A stretch of 53,134 nt of DNA, from the NCBI GenBank assembly GCA_050745065.1, contig JBOGJT010000038.1:1-53134 (forward strand), in the 5' to 3' direction. The DNA is from Terriglobia bacterium (GTDB taxonomy: Bacteria; Acidobacteriota; Terriglobia; UBA7540). This document shows positions 1 through 10,204 of this stretch, one piece after another. The stretch's first letter is position 1. Each line of letters begins with the position of its first letter. The notes beneath the pieces are model-generated. The model was not told the DNA's origin. It did no database searches and saw only the letters and a list, made by a program, of their open reading frames with translations. Both the position numbers and the translations under genes were made by a program.

Positions 1-987
1 AGGCTTTTCGGCAAGGAGTCACTCCTCGCTCAGACGGCCGAACGCCTGAGCGGAATCATCCCGCCGGAGCGCACCTACGTCTTCACGAACACGCTCATCC
101 GCGAGGCGGTGCGGCGCGAGCTTCCGCGCGTACCCCGCACTCAGGTGGTCGCCGAGCCGGTAAGCCGCAACACTGCGCCAGCGATCGGCCTCGCCGCCCA
201 TGAGATCCTGCGCCGTGACCCGGAGGGCGTGATGGTGGTGCTGCCTTCGGACCATATCATTGCCCGGCCGTCTGTGTTCCGGCAGGCGCTCGCCGCTGCC
301 TGTGATACGGCATCCAGCGAAGGCCGCTCCGTGGTGATCGGGCTGAAGCCGGCGGGCGCGGAGACGGGTTTCGGTTATATCCACCTGGGCAAGCAGGATC
401 GTTGCGGAGGTGGACCGGCGATCTTCGGCGTACTTCAATTTACAGAGAAGCCGTCTCTCGAAACCGCCCGGCGCTACGTTCAATCCGGAAAATATCTTTG
501 GAACGGCGGCATGTTTATCTGGAAAGCGTCGACGCTGATCACCAACCTCAAGCGCTTCCAACCACGAATGGCCGCAGCTTTGCTGACCATTGCCGCCGCC
601 GGAGGAATCCGTTCGGAAAAGACATTGAAGCGCCTCTATCCCCGTCTCGAAAACATTTCAATCGATTACGCGCTGATGGAAAAGGTTGACAACGTCCACG
701 TCGTTATGGCGGACATGGGCTGGAGCGACGTGGGAAGCTGGGCGGCGGCGTATGAATTGAGCCCGAAGAACGAAGAGGAAAACGTCTGCCCTCCTTCTGG
801 ATTTACGCTCGATTCACGCCGCAATCTGATCCTGTCGCCCAGGAAATTTGTGGCGGCGGTCGGCGTGGAAGACCTCGTAATTGTCGAGACGGACGACGCG
901 CTGCTCGTCTGCTCGCGAGACCACTCGCAGGACGTTGGAAGGATCGTCAAAGAGCTGGCGCGCTTGGAACATCGGAAGCTGCTGTGA
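1..987 (+). CDS. manC: Mannose-1-phosphate guanylyltransferase (5'-truncated by window edge)
   Basis: Frame is open from base 1. Motifs EPVSRNTAPAI, LPSDH, ETGFGYI, FTEKP, WNGGMF, SIDYALMEK, GWSDVGSW. Confidence 0.93.
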   Translation, partial: RLFGKESLLAQTAERLSGIIPPERTYVFTNTLIREAVRRELPRVPRTQVVAEPVSRNTAPAIGLAAHEILRRDPEGVMVVLPSDHIIARPSVFRQALAAACDTASSEGRSVVIGLKPAGAETGFGYIHLGKQDRCGGGPAIFGVLQFTEKPSLETARRYVQSGKYLWNGGMFIWKASTLITNLKRFQPRMAAALLTIAAAGGIRSEKTLKRLYPRLENISIDYALMEKVDNVHVVMADMGWSDVGSWAAAYELSPKNEEENVCPPSGFTLDSRRNLILSPRKFVAAVGVEDLVIVETDDALLVCSRDHSQDVGRIVKELARLEHRKLL

Positions 988-1054
988 CCGCCAAACCAGA
1001 CCTTCATGAATTCTCCAGAACTGCCGCGAGAACACTCGCTCATCGATGATTTGC

Positions 1055-2470
1055 ATGGCAGACACGATTAAATTCGGCACCGACGGCTGGCGGGCGCTCA
1101 TCGGAGAGGATTTCAGCTTCGCTAATGTGCGGCGCGTCGCGGCCGCGATGTCGCGCTACATTCTGGGACAAGGCCAGGCCGCGCAAGGACTCGTCGTCGG
1201 CTACGACGCCCGCTTCCTCTCGCCGGAAAGCGCTCGCACCGCGGCTGACGTCGCTTCTGGTTTTGGCATTCCCGTAGTTCTTGCCGAAGGCATTACGCCC
1301 ACGCCAGCCGTGAGTTATGCGGTCTTACGGCGCAAGGCTGCGGGCGGCGTCATGATCACGGCCAGCCATAATCCCCACCGATGGAATGGAATCAAATTCA
1401 AGGCGGCTTACGGCGGCTCCGCCGCGCCCGCGATCGTCGAAGCGATTGAAAAGTGTCTCGAGCTGCCCGACGGAGATGTGACGCGCGGCAGCGGCCGTCC
1501 GCTTCGCCCCGGAGACACCGCAGACCTTGTTGGCCCTTATCTTGACCGCATCAAGAGCATGGTGAATCTGGAGCGCATCCGCTCGTCGGGGCTGACGTTC
1601 GTGATTGACCCGATGTACGGCGCCGCGCGCGGGCTGATCGCCCGGCTCTTTGACGGCGCCGGCATTCCATTCCGGGAAATCCACGGCGAGCACAATCCTC
1701 TTTTTCCCGGTTTAAATCCCGAGCCGATTGATCCCCACCTGGAAGGCCTGCGCCGAGCGGTCAAGGACGGTCCTTATATCGCCGGACTCGCCACGGACGG
1801 AGACGCGGACCGTATCGGTGCGATGGACCGCAGCGGGACGTTCATCGACTCGCACAAAATCTTCTGCATCCTGCTCCGCCATCTGACAGAAGACCTGGGG
1901 AAGCGCGGTGAAGTGGTCCGTACGTTTTCCACCACCACCATGGTGGATAAAATCGCGCGCAAACACGGTCTGCCCTTGCACGTCACCCCCATCGGTTTCA
2001 AGTATGTTTGCGAGCTCATGCTCGCGCGCGACGTGCTGATCGGCGGCGAGGAAAGCGGTGGCATCGGAATCCAGGGGCACTTGCCCGAGCGCGACGGCAT
2101 TCTGAACTCCCTGCTGCTCGCGGAAGTGATGGCAGAAAAGGGCCGGACGTTGGGCGAGATGGTGGAGGATCTCAACCGCGAATTCGGTCCGCACCATTAT
2201 GGACGAGTGGACCTCGAGGTGAAGCGGTCCGCCATCGATCGCACGCTGAGGCTGGTGCGAGAGGGAAACATCAATAGCGTTGCCGGGCGCCCCGTCCACC
2301 GCGTGGACGATCTCGACGGCGTGAAAATGATTTTTGACGACTCCGTATGGCTTTTGGTGCGCGCCTCGGGCACCGAAAATATGCTCCGCCTCTACGCCGA
2401 AGCGCCGTCGCCGGAAGAAGTGAAGAAGATGCTGGATGAAATCACCGCGCTCGCCCAGGGGAACGGCTAA
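1055..2470 (+). CDS. Phosphoglucomutase/phosphomannomutase (alpha-D-phosphohexomutase family)
   Basis: IKFGTDGWR, catalytic TASHNP, metal-binding DGDADR, GGEESGG, RASGTE. Follows manC. Start is 1055 or 1046. Confidence 0.93.
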   Translation: MADTIKFGTDGWRALIGEDFSFANVRRVAAAMSRYILGQGQAAQGLVVGYDARFLSPESARTAADVASGFGIPVVLAEGITPTPAVSYAVLRRKAAGGVMITASHNPHRWNGIKFKAAYGGSAAPAIVEAIEKCLELPDGDVTRGSGRPLRPGDTADLVGPYLDRIKSMVNLERIRSSGLTFVIDPMYGAARGLIARLFDGAGIPFREIHGEHNPLFPGLNPEPIDPHLEGLRRAVKDGPYIAGLATDGDADRIGAMDRSGTFIDSHKIFCILLRHLTEDLGKRGEVVRTFSTTTMVDKIARKHGLPLHVTPIGFKYVCELMLARDVLIGGEESGGIGIQGHLPERDGILNSLLLAEVMAEKGRTLGEMVEDLNREFGPHHYGRVDLEVKRSAIDRTLRLVREGNINSVAGRPVHRVDDLDGVKMIFDDSVWLLVRASGTENMLRLYAEAPSPEEVKKMLDEITALAQGNG

Positions 2471-2877
2471 CCCGCCGGCGCGGCCTTTCGCACACCGTCC
2501 AGCACGCCGTTGATGAAGTCCACCGAGTCCACGCTGGAGAAGCGGCGGCCAAGCTCAATCGCTTCGTTAATCACGACCGCCGGAGGGTTTTCCGGAACGT
2601 GCAGGAGCTCGTAGAGCGCAAGACGGAGGATATTGCGGTCGACGGCCGCGATCCTTTCCAGGCGCCAATGTTGGGCGTGGGTGCGCACCAGCTCATCGAG
2701 CGCGGCCGCCTCATGCGCCGTCCCCTCGAAGAGGCTGCGGGCGAACGATTCGGTAGCGGCGTCCAACTTGCGCGGCTTGAGGAACGTCGCGATCACCTCC
2801 GGCGGCGGATGCTTGCCGAGGTCCCATTGGAAGAGCATTTGCAGCGCGAGTTCGCGGGCTTTTCTTCGTGACGGCAT
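2467..2877 (-). CDS. nusB: Transcription antitermination factor NusB
   Basis: RRKARELALQMLFQ, DRNILRLALYEL, VVINEAIEL, FINGVLD. Confidence 0.96.
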   Translation of the reverse strand: MPSRRKARELALQMLFQWDLGKHPPPEVIATFLKPRKLDAATESFARSLFEGTAHEAAALDELVRTHAQHWRLERIAAVDRNILRLALYELLHVPENPPAVVINEAIELGRRFSSVDSVDFINGVLDGVRKAAPAG

Positions 2878-2885
2878 AAAAACGA

Positions 2886-3014
2886 AGCTTTGAGCTTTTA
2901 GCGATCAGCCTTCAGCTCCTCGTCGGATCGAATGCGCAATTGAGGAGCGCTTCGCTGCCCTCAGCACGATCACAATTTCCTTTGCTGAGGGTTGAAAGCT
3001 TTTAGCTCAGAGCT
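2886..3014. repeat. 31-bp imperfect inverted repeat built from 7-bp periodic AGCnnnn units
   Basis: AGC occurs at 2886, 2893, 2900, 2907 and 2914. The complementary GCT/GTT occurs at 2984, 2991, 2998, 3005 and 3012. Confidence 0.75.
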
Positions 3015-3795
3015 ACTTTCCCAAAAACCGTGGCCGGCGCTTTTCCAGGAATGCCTGTGTGCCTTCCTTCATGTCCTCGGTGCCACAGCAAAGCCCAAAA
3101 AGCGCGGCCTCCAAACTCTCGCCTCCCCGTCGCGTCAGCTCCATGCCGTGATGAACCGCTTCGAGTGCGAGCTTCACAGCAATCGGCGCCTGCGAGATGA
3201 TCTTCCGCGCCAGCGCATCAGCCGTTGCCATGAGATCCGCGTCGGGCACAACGCGGTTGACCAACCCCATGCGATAAGCCTCTTGCGCCGATACCGGCTC
3301 GCCGGTGAGGATCATTTCGAGCGCCCGGCCCTTCCCCACCAGCCTTGGCAGTCGCTGCGAGCCACCGTATCCGGGGATCAGGCCGAGCTTAACCTCGGGC
3401 TGACCGAAGCTAGCGCTTTCCGCGGCGACACGCAGCGTGCAAGCCATGGCCAACTCGCATCCACCCCCCAGGGCGTAGCCCCGGATTGCCGCAATCACGG
3501 GCTTTCCCATGTTCTCAATCAGCTCGAACACACGCTGCCCGCGCCGCGCCGCCTCCTTTCCGGTGTTCGCGTCCAATACCGTCAGCTCTTTCACGTCCGC
3601 GCCCGCGACAAAAGCGCGATCACCCGCTCCGGTAATAATCACGGCCCGTATGGAGGCATCGCTCTCAATCGTCTCGAAATAAACGCGCAAATCACCCAAG
3701 ACGGTCTGGTTAAGCGCGTTACGCTTCTCCGGGCGGTTGATCGTGACCGTCGCGACCCCTTCGTTGGTTTCGTAGAGCAGGGTTTCGTAAGTCAT
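3013..3795 (-). CDS. Enoyl-CoA hydratase/crotonase family protein
   Basis: True start is probably MTYETLL at 3795. NRPEKRNAL, AFVAGADV, ALGGGCEL, GQPEVKLGLIPGYGGSQRL. Confidence 0.92.
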   Translation of the reverse strand: MTYETLLYETNEGVATVTINRPEKRNALNQTVLGDLRVYFETIESDASIRAVIITGAGDRAFVAGADVKELTVLDANTGKEAARRGQRVFELIENMGKPVIAAIRGYALGGGCELAMACTLRVAAESASFGQPEVKLGLIPGYGGSQRLPRLVGKGRALEMILTGEPVSAQEAYRMGLVNRVVPDADLMATADALARKIISQAPIAVKLALEAVHHGMELTRRGGESLEAALFGLCCGTEDMKEGTQAFLEKRRPRFLGK

Positions 3796-3976
3796 TTTAG
3801 GTCTCGTGAACCCAACGAGGATACATATTATGGTGACGCCAAATACTGTGGCATCGGCCTCCGGGCCGCTGGTTTTCCGGCACGCAGAGAGCGTCGCAGC
3901 AAAAACCGTGACTATACGATGCAATCGCCAGTCGTTCGTTAAGGAATCGATAGCAGCGCAACTCCGGGACAACCGC

Positions 3977-4747
3977 TCATCGCAGGACCGGTTTCGTTGC
4001 TTCGATTCGCAGCCTACGGCAATCAAGATACCACGTCCCATCGCGGAATAGCACGGGCCGCAGCAAGTTTTCTGTATTTTCGATAAAATCGTCCTCTCTT
4101 CCCGGAGTGACGGCGGAATAAAAGCTGCCGGCGAACATCCGGATCCAGACACGCAGGCCGCTTTCACCATCTTCCAGGGGCGTCGGCCGGTCAATCAAAG
4201 CGGCACGCGTCACTTCGAGGCCGCACTTCTCAATCAGCGCACTATATTCCGCGATTCCCGGAAAATACCATGGATTGGGGTCCTCGTGAGAATGCGCCCC
4301 AACGGCATTCAGCGACGCGCCAAACGCCTCCACGAGCTTTCGCACGTTGCCCTTACCCCCGAATTCGGCCACAAAGCGTCCGCCGGGCTTCAGCGCGTTC
4401 GAGACGCACTCCGCCACTCTCTCGGGTTGCTTAATCCAGTGCAGCGCCGCATTTGAGAACAGCGCGTCAAACGGCTTATCAAACGTGAAGTTGCGGGCGT
4501 CCATCACTTCGAACTCAAGGCGAGGAAAATTCTTCCTCGCTGCTTCAATCATGGCGGCGGAGCTGTCAATGCCCAGCGCATGAGCTCCAGCGGCGTCAAT
4601 TTGCGCAGTCAGATGCCCCGTGCCGCAACCGACGTCGAGAATTCGCTCGCCGGGCATCGGCTTGAGCATCTCAAGCACGCCCGCGCCCATCCGCCAAACG
4701 AAGGTGTGCTTCGAATCGTACAATCCGGCATTCCAGTTGGTTGCCAC
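3977..4747 (-). CDS. Class I SAM-dependent methyltransferase (trans-aconitate methyltransferase-like)
   Basis: ILDVGCGTG, FDALFSNAALHW, LKPGGRF. GTG start at 4747 with GGAG upstream. Confidence 0.85.
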   Translation of the reverse strand: MATNWNAGLYDSKHTFVWRMGAGVLEMLKPMPGERILDVGCGTGHLTAQIDAAGAHALGIDSSAAMIEAARKNFPRLEFEVMDARNFTFDKPFDALFSNAALHWIKQPERVAECVSNALKPGGRFVAEFGGKGNVRKLVEAFGASLNAVGAHSHEDPNPWYFPGIAEYSALIEKCGLEVTRAALIDRPTPLEDGESGLRVWIRMFAGSFYSAVTPGREDDFIENTENLLRPVLFRDGTWYLDCRRLRIEATKPVLR

Positions 4748-4827
4748 GCTGTCCACTCCAATCGGCCGCCGCGGCAATCGGCCAGCTGTGATGTTCGGAG
4801 GTTTGGGATCGCCGCAATGCGGCGAGT

Positions 4828-4856
4828 TTGACAGGATAGTCCGGTTTTGTTAGATT
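4828..4856 (+). promoter_or_regulatory. Putative sigma70 promoter for lepA
   Basis: TTGACA (4828-4833), 17-bp spacer, TAGATT (4851-4856), with extended -10 TG. Confidence 0.7.
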
Positions 4857-5095
4857 TTCAAAGGCTCAGGAAATACGGGCTAGGCGCGGCCTGGCGGGTT
4901 TTGCGGCGAGTTTATCGCGCCCCACGGCGGCGTCGGGCCGCCCCAGCATCAACGCATAGCGCCGCCGCGAACGCGGTGATGCTTAACTCTCCTCTGCCGG
5001 CTGGCCGCCGCCCCGCCGCACGTCTACCCGGCTGATTGCGCGCAACCACACCGCGTGCTTGTTTTCCCCTGAACGCATGATGAACCAAAAACCTA

Positions 5096-6898
5096 ATGCC
5101 TGATCCCCGCTTTATACGCAACTTTTGCATCGTGGCCCATATCGACCACGGGAAGTCGACTCTGGCCGACCGTTTGCTTGAGCTCACCGGAGCGCTCTCC
5201 CAACGCGAAATGTCCGCACAGGTTCTTGATACCATGGACCTCGAGCGCGAGCGTGGCATAACGATTAAAGCCCACGCCGTTCGCCTGCATTACACGGCCA
5301 AAGATGGAAACGTCTATCAACTCAACCTGATTGACACGCCGGGGCACGTGGATTTCTCCTACGAGGTTTCCCGCAGCCTCTCGGCGTGCGAGGGGGCGCT
5401 GCTGGTGGTGGACGCCTCGCAAGGGGTGGAGGCTCAAACGCTTGCCAACGCCCAGCTTGCTCTGCATAACAACCTCGAGATTATCCCCGTCATCAACAAG
5501 ATTGACCTGCCCGGCGCGGACGCTGGCATGGCGAAAGAGCAGATCGAAAACGCACTGGCGCTGGATTCGAGCACCGCCTTGCTGATCAGCGCCAAGCAAG
5601 GCACGGGAGTACCGGAGGTGCTCGAAGCGATCGTCCATCGTGTTCCACCTCCCAAGGGAACCGCTGACGCCCCGCTGCGCGCATTGATTTTTGATTCCTG
5701 GTACGACACTTATCGCGGTGTCATCGTGCTGGTGCGCGTGATCGAGGGGCGTCTGGCTGCCGGCATGAACATCCAATTGATGTCCAATGGACATTTCTAT
5801 ACCGTCGAGGAGCTGGGCGTGCTCACTCCCAAGGCTGTTCCGGTGGACCAGCTCGAAGCGGGCGAAGCGGGCTACCTCGCTGCCAACATCAAACGCATCG
5901 CGGATACGCGCATCGGCGATACCATTACCGAACAGGCCCGCCCTGCCTCGTCTCCTTTGCCCGGCTTTGAAGAAATCAAGCCCATGGTCTTTGCCGGTCT
6001 TTACCCGGTTGAGGCCACAGAATACGAGTTGCTTCGCGACGCCCTCGAAAAACTGCGCTTGAATGATTCATCTTTTCTCTATGAACCGGAGAGTTCTGTA
6101 GCCCTCGGCTTCGGGTTCCGCTGCGGCTTTCTCGGCCTGCTCCACATGGAAATCATCCAGGAGCGTCTCGAGCGCGAGTTCAACATCAACTTGATCACCA
6201 CGGCCCCAAGCGTCCGCTATCGCGTTACGACCAAAGCGGGAGCGGTGATCGAAGTGGATACGCCGAGTAAGTTCCCGGCCGGCGGCGACGTCGCCAAAAT
6301 CGAGGAGCCGGTGATGACCGCGATGATTCTTACGCAGGATGAGTACCTGGGCGGCATCCTTCCGTTGCTCGAAGAAAAGCGCGGCGTGCAAAAGGCGTTC
6401 GAGTACGTTTCCGGCAAGCGCGTGATGCTAACTTACGAGCTGCCGCTCAACGAAATCGTGCTGGATTTTTACGACCGCCTGAAGACCGTGTCGCGCGGCT
6501 ACGCCTCCTTGGATTACCGGCTTTCCGGCTTCTGGGAATCCGACCTGACCAAGGTTGACCTGCTGGTCGCGGGCGAGCCTGTCGACGCGCTTTCGTTTAT
6601 CTGTCATCGCGAAAACGCGTTCGCGCGCGGCCGCGCTTTGTGCGAAAAGATGCGCAAGCTAATCCCGCGGCAGCTCTTTGAAGTGGCGATCCAGGCAAGC
6701 ATCGGCGCCAAGATTATCGCTCGCGAGACGGTCCCGGCTATTCGCAAAAACGTACTCGCCAAGTGCTACGGCGGTGACATCACGCGCAAACGGAAGCTGC
6801 TCGAGAAACAGAAGGAAGGGAAAAAGCGCATGAAGCGCGTGGGGCGTGTTGATATCCCGCAGGAGGCGTTTCTGGCCGTCCTCAAGGTTTCGGACTGA
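5096..6898 (+). CDS. lepA: Elongation factor 4 (LepA)
   Basis: [76 protein letters not shown]. Confidence 0.99.
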   Translation: MPDPRFIRNFCIVAHIDHGKSTLADRLLELTGALSQREMSAQVLDTMDLERERGITIKAHAVRLHYTAKDGNVYQLNLIDTPGHVDFSYEVSRSLSACEGALLVVDASQGVEAQTLANAQLALHNNLEIIPVINKIDLPGADAGMAKEQIENALALDSSTALLISAKQGTGVPEVLEAIVHRVPPPKGTADAPLRALIFDSWYDTYRGVIVLVRVIEGRLAAGMNIQLMSNGHFYTVEELGVLTPKAVPVDQLEAGEAGYLAANIKRIADTRIGDTITEQARPASSPLPGFEEIKPMVFAGLYPVEATEYELLRDALEKLRLNDSSFLYEPESSVALGFGFRCGFLGLLHMEIIQERLEREFNINLITTAPSVRYRVTTKAGAVIEVDTPSKFPAGGDVAKIEEPVMTAMILTQDEYLGGILPLLEEKRGVQKAFEYVSGKRVMLTYELPLNEIVLDFYDRLKTVSRGYASLDYRLSGFWESDLTKVDLLVAGEPVDALSFICHRENAFARGRALCEKMRKLIPRQLFEVAIQASIGAKIIARETVPAIRKNVLAKCYGGDITRKRKLLEKQKEGKKRMKRVGRVDIPQEAFLAVLKVSD

Positions 6899-7051
6899 GG
6901 ACGCAGTCTGCCCGCGGGCTGTGGGGATCTGGCCACGAACTTCCGCCTTCATTGGACAAGGCAATCTCTCTTTTTTTTAGCAAACATTCTTGATGCCCGC
7001 GGCGGCCGCCATCGGCGCCCCTTCGCAGAAGCGGCGTCCATCAGTTAACGC

Positions 7052-7075
7052 GATTCCCGCTTTCGTGGGAATGAC
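7052..7075. repeat. REP-like palindrome (GATTCCCGC-TTTC-GTGGGAATGAC)
   Basis: A near-identical unit lies at 51893-51917 (GGATTCCCGCCTTCGCGGGAATGAC). Confidence 0.75.
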
Positions 7076-7200
7076 TGAAAATGGCCGCTGGTTGCGGCCG
7101 AAGGCCGCGCTGCGCGACTCCTCGGCTTGCCGCCTCGCGCGGGTTGCGCACCGGTCTCAATTCGTAAGAAAATGGTGTTGTAACCCTTGTGGAGGAGAAC

Positions 7201-7566
7201 ATGGTGACCACCGGGACAACAGGCCAAAACTCGAAGACGTCGTCCACTCAGCCTCCGGCGGCCGCGCCGGCTCAGCACGGATCAATCTCTGTATCAACAA
7301 GCCGGCAGGAAGACGCGATCTACCAAAAGAATCGCGTTGTGGCCAGCGTGCTTGACCCGCAGATTGACCTGGAGGCCGGAGTCATTCAGTTCGGCGAGAT
7401 CCATAACAGCGATGATCTGCTGCTCCCCGACGAATGCGAGTTCCGGCAGCACCGCATTATGGTCCGGAAAATAGGCTACGCCACGAAGGTTGAAAGGCAT
7501 TCACTGGAAAAGGGACGCATCCTGCAGAATGTGAAAGCGGAAATTCTGGGCGATCGCCAGCAATAG
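7201..7566 (+). CDS. Hypothetical protein (121 aa)
   Basis: Strong SD GGAGGAG immediately upstream of ATG 7201. Protein-like composition. No family recognised. Confidence 0.75.
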   Translation: MVTTGTTGQNSKTSSTQPPAAAPAQHGSISVSTSRQEDAIYQKNRVVASVLDPQIDLEAGVIQFGEIHNSDDLLLPDECEFRQHRIMVRKIGYATKVERHSLEKGRILQNVKAEILGDRQQ

Positions 7567-7591
7567 ACTTCCATCACCAAGAGTGGGGGGC

Positions 7592-7644
7592 AAGCGGGGG
7601 AAGCACGGCAGGAGGAGGGAACCGCATCGCCTCCCCCGCTTTTT
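7592..7644 (+). terminator. Putative hairpin/terminator between convergent small genes
   Basis: AAGCGGGGGA (7592-7601) pairs with TCCCCCGCTT (7632-7641), followed by a T run. Confidence 0.45.
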
Positions 7645-7657
7645 GGGGGAACTCAGA

Positions 7658-7903
7658 TTAGTTAACGCCAAGCGCGGGCATTGCCGATTCACCCTGAAGC
7701 ATGGTGAGCGCGTCCGTGATATCGTCAAGCAAGGCCCGGACACTTTCGACTCCGGCTTCCGCCGCCCTGATCAGGCCGCGGGCGCACTTCAAGCAGAGGC
7801 AGAACCCGTGGCTGTCTGCCACGTCATCGGGACGGCAGCAGGCACAAGGCCAATCTTTCCGAGAGTGCACCATTAAACCGCCAGAAGACATTGCGTAATC
7901 CAT
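7658..7903 (-). CDS. Small Cys-rich hypothetical protein (81 aa), possibly metal-binding
   Basis: SD GGGAGG 6 nt before ATG. Motif CACC-x8-H-x2-C-x-C-x2-C. Confidence 0.6.
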   Translation of the reverse strand: MDYAMSSGGLMVHSRKDWPCACCRPDDVADSHGFCLCLKCARGLIRAAEAGVESVRALLDDITDALTMLQGESAMPALGVN

Positions 7904-8838
7904 GGTAAACCTCCCGTCACATTGAACTGGTGCAATCGAGAGTCCACTTCATTTGGCGACCGCAGTCTGTGTGGTTGTGGCCGGCAAAACTCTATACCTT
8001 CCCTGCGTTCCGATTCGTCTTGCGCCGCGGAACATTTCTAAGCCGGTGAAGAGCAAGGAATTGGAAGCGCGGTATCACCGGGCAGCCATTTCCGTTGTTG
8101 TAAACATAAACACATATGTATTAATCCAATAGTTACCAACTTGTCAAGAGAAAAATGATGTCTCCAGCGACTTTTTTTGTAAGAGGTACACCAGATCGTG
8201 TAATTTTCCCCAATTGAGAGGTCGTTGTGCCACCTGGCGATCCGTGCATTTTGGGAAGCTAACATTCCCCGGGCACCGCGGTTGGTTATCAAGCTACTGA
8301 AAAAAAGACAGTTATGGCATAGATTGGAAATTCGCCCAACCGCAGACTGGCAAGATCAGCGCCGACGACCCAATCGAGTGGTGCGTATCGTGCGCTCCGT
8401 CTTGTGATGCCTCAGAGACCGTGAAAAATCATCCGCCGAGCAAAAGCCCACGAACAAATGGCACTTTGCAAATTAACTGGCGTAGGAACTTGCGCATTAT
8501 TTGGCGTACGCGTTGGCCGATGGATCGCTTCGTCCTCTACCGCTTCCGTCGTGCAAAGGGATGGTGGCAAGGCATATACCAGAAGGTTGTGCGGACGACA
8601 GGCGTCTGTTCGGCAAAATCCAAGGATCTTCACCATTCGCCAGTGCCTTTGTCTTGTCATCGCACACATGCCCAACTGCGGCATTTATGCGCCACCCGCG
8701 AAAATGCATCCGTTCACGCTGGAACACTCGATGGAGAGTTGGCCAGTTCGACCCGGTAGCCGAGGCTTCGGAGTTCACGCATCATTCTGGCGGCGCGCGC
8801 TGGCTTGGATTTTTTGCTGACCGCCCGGGCCCGTTCCT

Positions 8839-8947
8839 GGTAGCGAGTAGCGCGGAGTTGTTTTGTAACTCCGCGGCTTTTAGTCGTGCCATGCGAAGAT
8901 AAAAGCCGCAGAGTTTCAAAATGCGAAACTCTGCGCTACCCGCTACC
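8839..8947. repeat. GTAG-type REP doublet (REPIN-like nested palindrome)
   Basis: GGTAGCGAGTAGCGCGGAGTT at the left pairs with AACTCTGCGCTACCCGCTACC at the right. Each arm has its own internal hairpin. Confidence 0.8.
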
Positions 8948-9239
8948 CGCTTCGCAAGAACATGTCCTGCGGCCATCCTGTTAGGACGTTCTGATCTTAT
9001 AAAGAGGGTAGGTCTGGACAACAACTCGCTTTCGAAAGCGCGCATTGACGCACAAGAAGTTACGTCGGCACGGGGAACGAATCGCACTCAAAGAAGTTCC
9101 CAACTGCGAAAGTTGGGCTAGCCGTATTTCCGGGTTGGATCCTGGCCGTTTGGCGGATGTGCGGGACCTGAGGACGGCGTAGATTGACTGCAGTGGGCGC
9201 TGTGGCTCACGTTCGTTGAACAAAATCCGGAGGAATTCG

Positions 9240-10148
9240 ATGGAAAGCACAAACGTATTGCGAGATTTATCAAACGCGGCGGCGGCGGCGGTGGAACGTG
9301 CGAGCTTGGCTGTCGTCGCCCTCAACTCCCGCCGCCAGATGCTTGCGAGCGGAGTTCATTGGCGCGACGGGCTAATCGTCACAGCCCATCACGCGGTGAG
9401 ACACGAAGGGGATATCCCGGCCTTATTACCCGGCGGCGGGAGCGTATCGGCGGTATTAGTTGGCCGCGATCCAAGCACCGATCTTGCCCTGCTGCGCGTC
9501 CCAACAAAGGACATTGGGGTTCCGGCGATGGGCGACCCATCGACGTTGAGGGTAGGCGAGATCGTGTTGGCTGTGGGGCGGGTCGAGACGGGCCCCCGCG
9601 CGAGTCTGGGAGCGATTGGCGTGGCTGGGAGCGCGTGGAGGACCTGGCAGGGCGGCCAGATCGATCGGATGATTCGCCTGGGTTTTGAAATTCACCCCAC
9701 GTTATCGGGTGGAATGCTGGTTGATGCGGAGGGCCGCTGCCTCGGCATCAACACCACCGGGCTATCGCGCACCTTAGCGGTTACGATTCCGCTGGCGACG
9801 GTCAACCGGGTGGTAGATGTTCTGCTCCAAAAAGGGCGAATTCCGCGCGGATATCTCGGCGTGGGGCTTTGGGCGGTGGACCTACCGCCGGCGCTTCAAT
9901 CGCGCCTTGGGCTTCCAGAAACACGAGGGTTGATCGTTCAGCACGTCGAAGCCGGTGGTAGCGCGGAAAAGGCGGGTATGCTTATGGGGGACATCCTTGT
10001 GCGCCTTAATTCCACGCCAGTGGCGGGAATCCGGGCGCTGCAGTCATTGCTTTCGGCTGAAATGGTGGGGACGAATGCCAGAGCCGTCGTGATCCGCGCC
10101 GGAGCCCTCGCGGAATTGAATATTCCCGTCGCCGAACGTCTAAGTTGA
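9240..10148 (+). CDS. Trypsin-like (S1C/HtrA family) serine protease with PDZ domain
   Basis: TAHHAV (His), DLALLRV (Asp), HPTLSGGML (Ser), RGYLGVGL PDZ entry. SD GGAGG. Confidence 0.85.
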   Translation: MESTNVLRDLSNAAAAAVERASLAVVALNSRRQMLASGVHWRDGLIVTAHHAVRHEGDIPALLPGGGSVSAVLVGRDPSTDLALLRVPTKDIGVPAMGDPSTLRVGEIVLAVGRVETGPRASLGAIGVAGSAWRTWQGGQIDRMIRLGFEIHPTLSGGMLVDAEGRCLGINTTGLSRTLAVTIPLATVNRVVDVLLQKGRIPRGYLGVGLWAVDLPPALQSRLGLPETRGLIVQHVEAGGSAEKAGMLMGDILVRLNSTPVAGIRALQSLLSAEMVGTNARAVVIRAGALAELNIPVAERLS

Positions 10149-10204
10149 GGCGCCGGGCCGGCCCGCAGGATGCGCGTCTGCATCTCGCTTGGGTAGGGCG
10201 TTCA

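Noticed and set aside
3796..4194. 133-aa extension of the crotonase ORF
   Set aside because: It overlaps the methyltransferase, and family similarity starts at MTYETLL.
8412..9121. Cluster of 66-133 aa ORFs in several frames
   Set aside because: No SD, no motifs, mutually overlapping, and partly made of REP sequence.
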